The position numbers and the translations under genes were made by a program. 64,000 bases of DNA from Tubulanus polymorphus (Eukaryota; Animalia; Nemertea): positions 16,586,485 to 16,650,484 of the forward strand of contig NC_134027.1 in the NCBI RefSeq assembly GCF_964204645.1, given 5' to 3'. Below, in pieces: positions 36,825-49,451 of this stretch. The notes under the pieces were generated by a model, which did no database searches, was not told the origin of the DNA, and saw only the letters and a program-made list of their open reading frames with translations. How positions within the stretch are numbered: the stretch's first letter is position 1; each line of letters opens with the position of its first letter.

Positions 36825-37075
36825 GTGGGGAACATACCTTCCCATCAATATTATGTACCAAATCAGATTAAATTTAACATGAACGAAATTAAGGCCATTG
36901 AGGAAGAGTTAGAAATATTTGAGAAAAAAGGGATTATCGAAGAGGTTGATCATGTAGGATGGGAGTTTATTTTGCACATTTTCATTAGGCCAAAGAAAGA
37001 AGATATAGGGTTATACTGAACCTCACGAAATTGAACGGACACATTGAGTAGCAACATTTCAAAATTACAATTTTT
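36825..37075 (+). mobile_element. Reverse transcriptase N-terminal fragment (DIRS/Ngaro-like)
   Basis: EELEIFEKKGIIEEV...EFILHIFIRPKKE..YRVILNLTKLNGHIE*QHFK (frameshifted). Confidence 0.65.
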
Positions 37076-38238
37076 AAAACTAAAATTTGTATTTCTGAGT
37101 AGTACTTACCCTTTCCTATGGTTTTTGACAATATTTTCTAAATTTGGATTGATCGCCTATGGTTTTTCGATACAACCCGGCCTTGCAGTATTGCATTTAG
37201 CTTCCGGTGAAATCTCCCATCTTTTTATGCCAAAGCAGACCCAAGAATGCAGGTAGGCCGGGCAGGTGGGCAGGACTCCCACCATTGGAAAGGGTAAGTA
37301 CTACTTGTAAATACAAATTTTAGTTTAAAAAATAGTAATATTTCTGTCAAATACTGTATCCTTTACTATGGTTTTTGCTGGACTAGCCTAGCACAAGGAT
37401 GGTGAGAAAGGTTGATAGAAAAACCACTGCACAATCCCAAGGTAAGAGGGAAAAAAGAGAGCACTGTCCCAAGCACAGAATGGAGCACTGTAGCACAAGG
37501 AAGACCAGTTGGCCACAGCTCAGGGCCCCCGCCGAATTTTGCAAAATTAATGCTTGCGAACATGAGCTCAAACTAAGTACACGGATACACCACTTGTCAT
37601 CCTGACAATGCAAACATAAAAATTCAATAAAAATGTACTCGATTAGTGCAGAGACCCAGCGGGCCACTGCATCCCGGGAAATATAACCCTTCAGGTGATC
37701 CAGCAGCAGAATAAATTCCACATGCGCGGACCCCTTCATGGTGCAGAGCGATCTCAATAAAAACATAACGCCCATACAGGACATAACGTCTTGTCCGGTA
37801 GAACCGGTTCAACTCGATGTTTTATAGTTTCTATTCGCCATTGATGACCGACCAAGCCTGGTTGTTGGTTACTCAAAAGCAGGCTGCAGTGGAACGAATT
37901 CCTTCGCTGGCACGAAGACAATATGACCTTGTCGAACTCAAAGTGCATGTTTTTCAGAATGACGGGCTGAACAAGCCAAGAACAGCAGAATACAAATTAA
38001 GAAATGACGCTTCGGAAAGATGTTCAAATGGAGCCTCCATTGACTTCTTCAAAATTAATGACAGATCCCATGGTGGAACTTTTATCAGTACCCCAGGCCT
38101 GGAAACAAAAACCCTGCAACAAGCTGGGATATCGGATGATCAGCTGTTACATTTGGCCATCCAGAAGCACGCAATGTATGGAAAAGTAGTGGAGCGGTAA
38201 CCTTTAATAGTTACAACCTGCAGGCCTTTTACTATTAA

Positions 38239-38566
38239 CTCTTTTCCTGCCAGGCCTATTTTTCAGGAAATACTTTGCCAGGATTTCCATGTTTTTCAGA
38301 GATTGCAGAGAGGGTATTTTGCATAAAATATGGCCATTCATGCATGTTCAGCACCCATTTCAATAGATGACGTCACTAACACACTACATAAAATGACTGA
38401 TGATAGTTTATTTTAGTAGTAAAGGGCAATAAACTAACTGGTGTTTGGCGATGAATTCGCCATCTATCGTTTAAGTTAAGAAACAAGTCAACCGTACCAG
38501 TACAGTTTTGGCAGGCAAGTGGTGGGAGATATCAAACGTACCAATACGTTAATGGCAGGCAATGAG
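38239..38566. mobile_element. TTAA-flanked MITE (CTCTTTTCCTGCC...GGCAGGCAATGAG)
   Basis: TTAA at 38235-38238 and 38567-38570. A longer copy in the opposite orientation lies at 47526-47983. Confidence 0.8.
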
Positions 38567-39099
38567 TTAACCCTTTCGCTGCGTACACGCTTGCACCGCC
38601 CCGTACGTAAGGTATTTTCCGAAAAATTCTATTTTCTTCAAATTGTTTTTAACCCCGATTTTTCGCGTTTTTATCGAAGATTATGATGTTATTTAGTGAA
38701 AATCAGTAAAAAATCATACCAACAGCCTTTTCTGTAGGGGGGGGGGCGTGTTGGGGGGGGGTCAGGATGGGTTAGAAATTTTTTTTTTCAGTTTTTCACC
38801 CAAGTGCCTATCTCAGTCTTTGGTGATTGATGCTACGGTGTGGATGAAAGAAATTCAATTGATATGGGATATCCTTTTCCGCTGGTAGAGGTACGTAAGT
38901 GGGGAGGCTAAAAATCAAATTGAGATTTTGCAAACTAATTATCTTTTATTTTTCAGTAAAAGCAACGCAACAGTAATTACAATGACAAAAAAAAACAAAA
39001 CATCTTGCATGCAGTCCGCAAAACATAATGGTAAGTCAAACAAATATAGTGTTTTCTACATGCAAATCATTTCTAGCGAAGTCGACAGTTAGAAATTAT

Positions 39100-41908
39100 T
39101 CATTCAGCATCAAATGTTGAATAGTCCAATCTTGTGTGGTACACTTCGAAGCAATCCTGATCGATGTGTAGACCCGGTCTAGAAGGGCAAGTCTTACAAA
39201 CCCAGATAGTGTCCTTTGGCCGCCCAGTTCGCCCAAGATCATTTCGTGCATAGCATACGCGGCATCGTTTTTGTTGGGTCTTCCTTCCAAGTGGTCGAAG
39301 CTTCATTGGAAAGTGACGGCCAGTGAGACGGGTCAGTGCTTCATCACGGGTAACATTACGAGCAATCATTGGTCTTGTGATAACCATCACGTCGAGCACA
39401 TCATGTATAAACCCAAGGAAATCCTTCTTGTTACCCTGTAGTTCGAACATCCGATGGGAGTTTAGGAGGGCCTGCATCACCAGCCTGACTGCTACTTTTT
39501 TATACCATTTCATCGTTCGGCGGATGACTTGGTAGTAGTGAAGTTGCTGGTCCACCATATCGACTCCACCCATATGCTTGTTGTAGGCCAATACACAAGT
39601 GGGTTTGCAAATTGCAACATCGTTCGTCGTTTTCTTCCTTGTATCTTCCACTCTCGCTGGAAACCTAGTTGTGAGGAGATGGACTACCTTTGGTTTCCCA
39701 CTAGCTTTATCAACATGTGCCCGAAATTTTACGGCCAAAACGTTCTCATCCGGAGCCTTGAAAAATACTGATGAATTTTTCTGAATTTGGAGGTCTGCCA
39801 ATTCCTTTGGAAAGTTGCGACGATTCGCTCTAACCGTGCCATCAACGTACGTTCCTTTCTTCAGCAGGAATGCCGCTAAAGATGGCGATGAGTAGTAATT
39901 ATCAATGAACAGAGTGTAACCTTTTTGGAGGTAATTTCTCATCAGATGCATGACTATTTGCTCGGAAACGTTCAGAGCCGCAATCTCTGGAGGCTGTACA
40001 GGGAGTGTGTTTGCCCCTACGTAAACTAGTAGGTCAAGGGTGACTCCCTTTGTTGTGCATAATTCAAAAAATTTTATGCCAAAACGTGTACGTTTTGTGG
40101 CAATGAACTGTTTGAAACTCAAGCGACCCTTCCACAGCAACAGCGACTCGTCGATACTAAGGTTTTCACCCGGGCTATATACCTCTCGGAATCGTGTTTG
40201 AAACATTTCAACCAATGGGCGAACCTTATAAAGTCGGTCTCTATCACGATCTCTCGGGTCATAGCCGTCTGCTTCATTATCTGCGAAATGTAAGAATTTT
40301 AAAATGTTCAGGAACCGATCACGACTCATACATTCACCAAAAATTGGAGTAGCCACAAGCTTTTCTTGTGTCCAGTACATGTTGATTCTCGGTTTATATA
40401 CAATTCCTTGTAATACGAGAAGAGCCAGGAATGTCTTCATCTCAGCCTGCTCGACTGGCTCCCATAACCTGGCTCTGGATCGCCGCTTCAGGGTGTCTTC
40501 GTTAGCTGTCAGGAATTGTTGGGCATATCTGTTTGTTTCGGTGACCACGTGTGCTATTATTTCTTCAGTAAGGTATAGGGAAATATAATCAATCGGTTTA
40601 GCTCCCTGTGGCATATCAACGAGAAGTTTCTCTTTCCCAGTGAATGGGATGGCTTTTGGACGAAAGTTTTCAGTTCGTTCCCAAAACCAGGGAGCATCAT
40701 CAGCTCGCATCCGACGGCCGGCAGGAGCACGTTGTCTTGGAGCTGGCTGTTGGGCAACTGGTTGTACCACAGGGGGAGCTTGTTGTCTTGGCGCTCGCTG
40801 TTGGGCAACTGGTTGTACCACAGGGGGAGCTTGTTGTCTTGGCGCTCGCTGTTGGGCAACTGGTTGTACCACAGGGGGAGCTTGTTGTCTTGGCGCTCGC
40901 TGTTGGGCAACTGGTTGTACCACAGGGGGAGCTTGTTGTCTTGGCGCTCGCTGTTGGGCAACTTGTTGTACCACAGGGGGAGCTTGTTGTATTGGCGCTC
41001 GCTGTTGGGCAACTGGTTGTACCACAGGTGGAGCATGTGTGGGCTGTCTTGGAACAGGTTGTGGTGCAACTGGTGGAGGATGTTGCCTCAGTGCTGAAAC
41101 GGTGGCCAAAGGTGTTGTATCTGTGCAGCGTATCTTCACCAGAGGTTCTGGCCTTGGTGCTGGTGGTGTTGTGACTTTACGTTTTTCTGAAAAGAAAAAT
41201 AAACTGTTCAACACACAATATTTTTATTTGTTTTCAAAATGATTATTTTTTTGCAGAACAATTGCACCACATGGAGTAAGAAAAGTACTTTTTTGAACTG
41301 GACGTGGTGTTGGAGTTTCTGGAGAATCTGGCACAGCGGGAACTCTGCGTTGGTCGGGCGAAAAAAGATTGAAGACTGGAGGGGCCGATGTCGATTGTTG
41401 GGCATCGCCTGAAAGACAATAAAACTGTTATTCGTGTATTTATGTATTCATTTATATATCTATATATTCATTCATCTCTAAAGTTGCTGTACCACTTTTG
41501 AGCAATTATATGTATGACTCACCGAAAGTGCACTCTTGTCTTTGTATAATATCCTGGTCTCCTTCCTCTTCTAAATCCAATACGTTATCATCAGTGCTGC
41601 ACACTTCTGAAATAAAAATAAATAGATAAAACAACCGGGTCATCTTATCATCGTCATTATAGCTTTATGTAATAGAGTTTTGTGATTGCCTAAAGGCATA
41701 TACCTGGTTGAGGCTGATCCAACTCCTCGAATTCATCAAAGTCGAAATCGGCATCGAGGTCAAGGGCATAGTCATCTTCGTCCCAAGAGTCGTCTCCGCC
41801 CAGTCCGAAATCACCCCCGTCATCTAAATCGTCATCTTCACTGTCGTCGTCGGCGTAAATCTTGCCTAAAACTTGATTAGCACTGAAAACTTTCTTTCGA
41901 GCAGCCAT
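39100..41908 (-). CDS. piggyBac transposase, predicted 4 exons (41908-41704, 41606-41523, 41408-41289, 41186-39100), 831 aa
   Basis: DDD triad SIDES / FIDNY / GVDMVD, plus MSRDRF, KRTRFGIK and a C-terminal CRVC..CKTC..H..C..H domain. Three phase-1 GT-AG introns give an open 2496-nt CDS beginning MAARKKVFSANQVL with an acidic tract. Confidence 0.88.
40730..41035 (-). repeat. 51-bp coding tandem repeat (QQAPPVVQPVAQQRAPR, about 6 copies)
   Basis: Near-identical units within the transposase N-terminal region. Confidence 0.92.
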
Positions 41909-44900
41909 CTCAATCCCGTGCAAATTACCATGTGCTCAACAGGCTGACAGCACCAACTACTGACGCATTTTCGCCATCTGTTGTTTAGAAAGCTAACTAT
42001 CTTGTCTTACATGCGTTTACATACTGTTTGCTGTGTACGCGTTCGAGTTATAAATCAATAGGTGCATGACGTTTCTACAACGTCATACGCACAGCACGTG
42101 TCACTCCATATGACGTTTCCAAAACGTCACACGTAGCGAAAGGGTTAATAGATGCAGTAAAAAATCTGCCAATTGAGCAACAGAGGGTGAGCATGGATCA
42201 ATTTCCCCGGTAGCACACCAATCTGCAAAATAACCCCATTTGGTGTCGTAAATGGTACTCGTCGATGTCCGCTTAGATCCTGCGATAAAAGAGAGATAAA
42301 CGAGATAAACAGCCTGTTCTGAAAAGCTGAAGCTGACAAGAATCGCTGGACAATGGCCAGGCGAGCAGATTTAGCCAATGGCTGTTCGGATGATGCTGAA
42401 AATTCCTCTGAGACAGAAGCAATTAGAAATTCGGAAGAATCCTGGGGTTGTCGCACAGTAGGTTGAGAGCCTATTTCTGAGCCAGCCAACATGAAGCTAC
42501 CAGAACTATGTTGCAATTGACTGATCGCTCTACTTGATCCAGCAAGTGCAGGAGGACTGGTGTGGGCAGCTAGGAACGCATACGCATGCATCCCCGACCA
42601 GTTCAGAGAGAAGGCCTTAACCCCCAAGCTTTCGCGTCTGGAAACGGGGAAACAAATAGTGGACACCTCCGATTAAACCAGGTGGCAAAAAGATCCAGCA
42701 GCGGATTGCCGAACATGTCTTGAACCTGATTTGCTACTTTTTGGAGTACACATTCTGTCGGAATAGCCTGACCAAGAAAGAACATTGGCCGTCACGTTCC
42801 TTATCCCTGCTAAATGTGCAACAGTCACACAGGGAAACGCCCTTTGTCTGGCACCAAAGATGAATTTTGCCGACAGATCCGTGAGGGTTGTCGAGTGAGT
42901 GCCCCCTTAATTCTGAAGGTAAGCCCCCACTGTTGAATTGTCCTCGGCTAACCAAACGTGGTGGCCCTCCACTCTCCTGTGAAAGAACTTCAGAGCCTTC
43001 CACACGGCCAGCTGTTCCAGGAAATTTATTGTGGTTGGTGGCCTCGTAGCGAGACCACCTCCTGGCTTTGACTCGGTTCTCCAGATGAGCCCCCCACCCT
43101 TGGTGACTGGCATCCGTGAATACATGAAGTGGAGCCTCTAATGGGGCCATGACACTCGGCGACGAAGATTCATAGTTGTCGCCCACCAATGAAGATCTGG
43201 ACTTAGATCGGTTGGCGGTACAGGAATCAAGGTCTCCCAGTTGCCCTTTGACCGAGACCAGAAGCTCTTATTGTTGCAAGCGCCTGATTCTGAGGCAGCC
43301 TAAGGGCACCACCAAACCCATGGAGCTGATGGATGGAGCCGTGACCAGTAACGAGCTGTTCTCGGGGTTGTGGACACTCCCGCTACAGCTTTTTTAAGTT
43401 TTGCTACTGGAGCCATGGGCGGAAAGACTTTGCCGATTCGGAGATCGAAGGCCGTGCCGAGATAAGTGAACTGTTGGGCCGGCGTCAACCGAGATTTTTC
43501 CCTGTTTACGCGGAACCCTAGCTGATGGACTAAGTCCAAGACTAAGGTCATTGCCTCCCGACATTGTTGAGCTGAGTTTGCGACTAATAACCAGTCGTTG
43601 AGGTAAACGAACAGTCAAACACCCCTGAACTGAAGTACCCTCTGAACGGCCTTGACCAACTTGGTGAAAACCCACGGGCCGTACCGAGGCCAAATGGAAG
43701 AGACCTAAACTCTGAACTGGAACAGGGGGCCTTCCCACTTTATCCCGAGAAATCGCTGAGATTTTGGGTGAATTTCAACCTGAAAATAATTGTTGGAGCT
43801 GGTCCTCCTACCGGCATCTCTAGCCGCCCGAGAAAGCGCTGAAGTTTGAGTTGGTCCTGTTGGAGTCCATGCCGAGCCTTGCGCCGCCGGCGCTGAACCA
43901 GAGCGCTTTTTCCACGGAGTTCGGACAGTGGACTTGGTCTGGACCTCCCAAATCTTCCTCAGCTCGGGGGAAACAGGAGCGCACCAACCGGAGAAGAGAT
44001 GGGATGACGGAAGCCTAACGTCTAGTTTTAGGGCAATTGACTCGAGAGTTTCGCAAAGCTCGTCTGTCGACACCTTGAGAGCCATATCCTGAAACAAACC
44101 AACCCTGGTAAGATTGTCCAGGATTGACATCATGGCCACCAAACCGGACTTCGGCAAACAAATACCCGACTGTGCTGAACCAGTATCCAAAGCTGAACCG
44201 GGCTGATCCAAAGCACCTGGAGTTGCATAATACGCCGAGCAAATGCGCCTCTAGGCGGATCGGTTGAACTAATATATTTTCCAGATTTCATACCCCATTC
44301 TGGAGGGGGAATGGGAAACGAAAACGGCGACATTCACCCCATAATTGCCTATCTAATTGAGCCCAATCTCTTGAAACTGCTGACCATTCACGTAAAACAT
44401 TAAGATCAGAGTCCAGAGGGCGATAAGCTTCCATTTACTCACCCACCAGAGGAGCTGCTGTGGGCTTAGCACGAGTTGCCCCGTGTTTGACAAAAAACTC
44501 AATAATCATTGCTCCGAATGGTATGTCCCATGCAGGTTCGGATAAAACTGAACGGGATGGAGATACATTGCGAGCCAGGGATGTCCTCATTGAATGGGGC
44601 AACCCAACATTGCTTGCGGCAGGGACGACACCAGAAGGAATTGCCGCTTCTGGGACCGGATCCTCATTGAAATCAGACCCTTACCCAGCATCCAGGAATT
44701 CAGGGTCAGAATTCCAAATAACTGAGTGGGCTGGCGAACTTCTAATCGGACAATCAGGAATAGGCTTACCTGTTGTAGAAGTTGCAGTAACAACTTGTTG
44801 CGACAAAATTTTTTCATCGAATACACAAAAATCCTTCTGAGTCAGGAATTCTCCTGTATCCCGACGATCATGACGACTTCGGTGACGTCCCTCGAACCGG

Positions 44901-45449
44901 ATTGAGACCTGCTAGAAGAATCGCCTTCTTCGCTAACTGACGTCAACGAAAGATGAGGCGACTGACTGCGAAACTTCGACGAAACTGACGATCTATCCTT
45001 GATCTGCGAGAAGGAGACCTTGCGCGTTTATTACGTTCACGGCGTCTGGACCTGATGGGAGAGTGAGCTCTATCCCGGAGCGACGAACGTCAGAATCGGA
45101 CGAACCGGAAATTCAGAACCGGGTGATGTCTGGCCTAGACCAGACAGATATCGACCAGACCGGTGCCGGCCTGCTTGTGTCGGTATTTCAACTACCTGAT
45201 CTCAACTTACATCTCTACTGGTGATCGACCAGCAACTGGTGATTGACCGGAGAACTAGCGTTCCTCTCCTCGAGTAGGGAAGCCGACCGTGCAAGTACAA
45301 CCGGCGACTGCTCTGCTATACGATTTGAAATCGAATTAGAGACGTCAGTGGGCACATCGGCCAAAAGCGATTCAAATATATGCAAAAGATCAAGGTAATT
45401 GATCAAAGCGTCTTCAAAATTTCTCTCAAAAACGTATAAAAAAATAATT

Positions 45450-46510
45450 TGCCATAGGCAAATTGGTTTAACTTTCTACTATCTAGAAGAACGTACAATT
45501 ATACATGATTTAATTTTGCTTTCGACTAGCGTCGTGGCTACTAGTTTTGGTTTAGATATGTCCAGAAAACTATAAGGGCTCTGGGAAGCATGACACAAAA
45601 TTTGATATTGGCTGTGATTTAGCAATTCTTTGTATTTAGCATAAAAATCCATGAAGCCAATTAAACAGTTCCAAAATTCTCATTTTAGGCCTACCAGCTA
45701 ATTTTCTTCCTGATGAATGTGGCAATATTTTCCTTTAGGTCTAGATTTTGTTCAATGCTCTATCGAATCATTCCAGCCTTGAATGCAGAGAGGCCTAGAT
45801 GATGAGACAGATACCGTAACGTATAGTACCTATTCGTACATTATTGTTATGGTTTTACATCAAGAAACAGCAATTTTACCAGACCTTGACTAAGTTATAT
45901 AATATTTTAAGGTTACCTTAAAATATTAATGTAAGTATCCATCGACGAAGTATCTAACGAAGTTAAAAGTGGGGCACAGGTATTTATAGTTGCCACAGAA
46001 ATAGTTCAAATGATTATCCACGACAATAAAGCGTTCCTATAATAAAGCTTATTTCAATTAAAAACTTCTAAATTAGGAACAGACAGAGTATGACAGTATT
46101 TATAATACGCGCTAGGAGAGAGCAGTAGTGCAACGCGTGGTTATACGTGAAAACAGAGTATGCATACACTTTGCCGGGCACTGCGGTGTGTATGTACGTA
46201 TATTAGATATATGGATTACATACCAGCTGATTTACGTAGCGCGCGGATTTTAACGTGTTAAGCTGTTACGCGAAGAATGCCAATATACCGCAAAAACATC
46301 GGCAAACACACGCACACGCATAAAGCGCACACGTGTGGAACCAATTAACTCTCATTTCAACAAAAATGATGCCAAACATTTGTCGACTGCCTCTCTCCAA
46401 AAACCTTTCAAAGAAAGAATGTATTTTGTACGAGTCGGTCAAAATAAGACAATGACAAGACAAAGCCGGGCTAGGACTATAGAAATTGCCACACTTACTA
46501 AGTTCGAGAT
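45450..46510 (+). repeat. Interspersed repeat, homologous to ~56510-60040 (empty-site copy)
   Basis: Shares TCTAGAAGAACGTACAATT...GCGTTCC...TCATTTCAACAAAAATGATGCC and lacks the hAT and HINE inserts of the second copy. Confidence 0.75.
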
Positions 46511-47293
46511 ACTAAATTAGATAGTTCAAATGAAGTGATAATTTCATCGTTAGATCATACCGGTATATGCGCATCAAACAAAAAACACATCTAACAATCC
46601 ACGCAATCCGCAATCGATCAAGTCAAACATGACAACGACCTCAAGGCATGTCTCTGTAATCGAAGGTGGAGACTAAAACACGGTTCAGGACTCGGCAGCG
46701 GACACCGGCCCGGAAAATATTTCAAAACATGTATTGTCGGTACCTAGCACGATTTCAGCGTTTTTCGGGAATTCCCTGAAATTTCGGCGTTTTTCGGAAA
46801 TTCCCTGAAATTTCAGCGTTTTTATTTCAGCGATTCAACGTTTCAGTGTTTCAGCGAAGTTCAGGAACCGTGTGGAGATGCACAGTGAGGGAGTTATTGG
46901 AATGGCCCTTTACAAAAGAATTTCTTACTTTCGTTCTCTTGTTATTAGTTATGATATGATTGAAGCATTTTTGATTCTTTTGGATAGTAGTTAAATGCTA
47001 GAATTAGATGTTTGTAAGACTTCAGGAAAAATTCTTAATTTCATGTTTAATATGGGAGGTTAAATGGACCATAGTTTTGTTACATAATATATCAGCATTG
47101 TTCGAAAAAGTTTGAAGGATAACACAAAATGTCCCAGACAAGCTCTTGGTCTGAACCTTTAAAAAGTAAACACCTCCCAGATAAGTTTTGACAGGAAACA
47201 AGTGAGCGAATAGTATATATGCTCCATTGTAAAACAGATATGAATCAGGATCACACACCTATACGACCTACACCTTACAATGTCTAAGCTTAC

Positions 47294-47396
47294 CTTTGAG
47301 ATATCATCCCTACGCATTTCAGATTGATTTAGAATATCAACTAGTGGTTCCATGCAACGTTGAACTAGGGATGAACACAAACCATCAAATCTGGCT
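47294..47396 (-). CDS. HSPA14: HSPA14 internal exon
   Basis: Boundaries are tttcag|A GCC AGA TTT ... TCA AAG|gtaagc. Encodes (R)ARFDGLCSSLVQRCMEPLVDILNQSEMRRDDISK. Length 103 nt; its phase joins both neighbouring exons. Confidence 0.9.
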
Positions 47397-47525
47397 CTGA
47401 AATTGATCAAATATCAAGAAAGCATTAGGCCAAATCCCCAATGAGCCGCAAGCCAGAGGCCATAGCTATTATGATAATCATTATGGTGGCAATGCCTGAC
47501 AAATCAACATCACTATTTCCTTTAA

Positions 47526-47983
47526 CTCATTGCCTGCCAAAAACGTACTGGTATGTTCGATATTTCCCATCACTTGCCTGCCAATACCGTACTGGTATGG
47601 GTGACTTGTTTCTTGATTTTAACAATAGATGGCGAATTCATCGCAAAACACCAGTTAGTTTAATGGCTTTTACTACTAAAACTATCATTAGTTGTTCTAT
47701 GCAGTGTGTTAGTGACGACATCTATTGAAATGGGGGCTGAACACGCATGAATGGGCACATTTTATGCAAAATACCCCCTCTGCAATGGTAATTGCTGCAG
47801 ATTTTATCACTTCTAGAAGAAATGCCGCTTATTTTACATGACAAAGCAAGACCAGATGAACAAAATAAAACAAACTTGATGATGATATATCTCTTTTAGT
47901 TTTTGTTTTATGAATCTCTGAAAAACACGGAAATCCTGGCAAAGCGCAGCAAATCCTGAAAATTAGGCCTGGCAGGCAAAGAG
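47526..47983. mobile_element. TTAA-flanked MITE, copy 2
   Basis: TTAA|CTCATTGCCTGCC ... GGCAGGCAAAGAG|TTAA. Confidence 0.8.
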
Positions 47984-49451
47984 TTAAAATCAACCTATGG
48001 GACCACACCCTGAAAAACTATTAGGGTTTCCATGAGGCTGTTTTCTTTTCACTGTTCAACAGACATTTTCCCCCAGCCAAAAGTGGTCATATCTTCCCCA
48101 GATCCCGAAATATTCCTGAGGAATTGCGAAAAGAAATTGATAATTCGTTCCCTAAAGACTCTAAAGTGTTCCTTATTTCAGTTTATTTAAATCTCTGTCT
48201 TAATAATAAATTGCGTGGCTGACCATGTAGCGTAGTAGGGGAAGCTGAAATTGCACAACATGGTGGTTGACCAACAAGAATCATATAGAATTAACCACTT
48301 CTGGAATATGATAGATAAGACATGGTAGGAAATTGTGCGGCATTGAAAATGATGGAAAAGATCAGTCGGAATTTGGTAGAAAAATCCATTATTGGAAATC
48401 GATGGAAAAGGCATTATATGAAAATATACAACATGGAAAATAACCTACATGAATTTGAAAGAAAAATCCAGTGCCAGAAAATAGCAGAAAAAGCTAAATG
48501 GAAAATGCACAACAAGTCAAATAATAGAATTCCATCATTTTCCATGTTGTGCATTTTCTTCTCTTCTCTTAATAGGCCTATCATTGTTTCTAGACAATCA
48601 GCCACAGTGTCCAACGGAATAATAATAATTAAGCCAAGTAGGTTGTCTGTTTCGAGGGGCTTGACTGTCTAAATGTCACAAAAACAGGAAGTGGCCTTCA
48701 GACGAGACGATTCCTCGCCTCTTCCTCTAATTCATTTTTGAGTGAACCGAATTAGAGAATAGAACAGTCTACAGACTGAGTTTAAATGATAAAATTAAAT
48801 CAGTTAGCGGTAAAAATTTAGCTAGTTTAAATGGATTAGTGGATTTTTATCAAATCATACCCCTAGATTGTGCATGCTTATGTTATGATGTAATTCCTTA
48901 TTCGGTGTCGACAAATTATGATCGTCTAACGAGTCAGTAAAGGTACCGTAGTGCAATTGAATTGTGAAATCTATCAATGTTTTTCATAATGGAAAATAAA
49001 GATTCTGTTCAAATTCACCTGAGGAAGATTTTCTACCTAGAGGGATTTTACCACGGGGAGGAGTGAATGGTTGGGGACAAAAATCATGAAAAAACATACA
49101 TTGTTTCCTAATGAATGATTTTTCAAAACAGTGAACAGAAAAAAGGCCAGGGAAAATCAGATTTTAAATTTACTATCATTCCATCAACTACCACAAAATT
49201 AAAGCATAGATCTTTTGACACGTCACTACTTGATATTATTGGATCAATTCCCGAATTGGCTTGGTTAAATTTACCATGATCATATCTCACCTTGATGTTA
49301 TCAGACATTGCACCCTTAGTATACTGAATTAAGTTCACAAGTAAATTAGTTTGATGTAAATTACCACAAAATTTAAATGCATATAATTGAACTATTGAAA
49401 ATTCCCTCCAGCCAATACAATTTGATACAACAAATAACTAGTGCAGTTACA

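Larger units (their letters stand above)
38571..42144 (-). mobile_element. piggyBac transposon, apparently intact
   Basis: TTAA|CCCTTTCGCTGCGT ... ACGTAGCGAAAGGG|TTAA, enclosing an uninterrupted transposase. Confidence 0.95.
37063..45360 (-). mobile_element. Degraded DIRS tyrosine-recombinase retrotransposon, interrupted at a TTAA
   Basis: RT: YFQVEIHP..RFL, LPFGL, VYLNDWL, FTYLG. RNase H: VFTDASHQGWGAH, INFLEQLAV, DNSTV. MT-like domain: LDLFATWFN, AFSLNWSG..AYAF. YR: YDTKWGYFADWC...ADFLLHL|LIVKGL...TIKGYRS, VPPWDLSLIL, LCPVWAL, ISRDAVARW. A terminal inverted pair lies at ~37072-37120 / 37281-37345. Confidence 0.88.

Noticed and set aside
37817-38200. 127-aa plus-strand ORF
   Set aside because: It is antisense to the decayed DIRS tyrosine recombinase and has no motif of its own.
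40557-41242. Overlapping 121-200 aa ORFs in alternative frames and strands
   Set aside because: They are by-products of the stop-free 51-bp repeat within the piggyBac transposase.
46679-46872. Small element with CACGGTTC...GAACCGTG ends
   Set aside because: The inverted ends are visible but no clean TSD could be established, so it was left unclassified.
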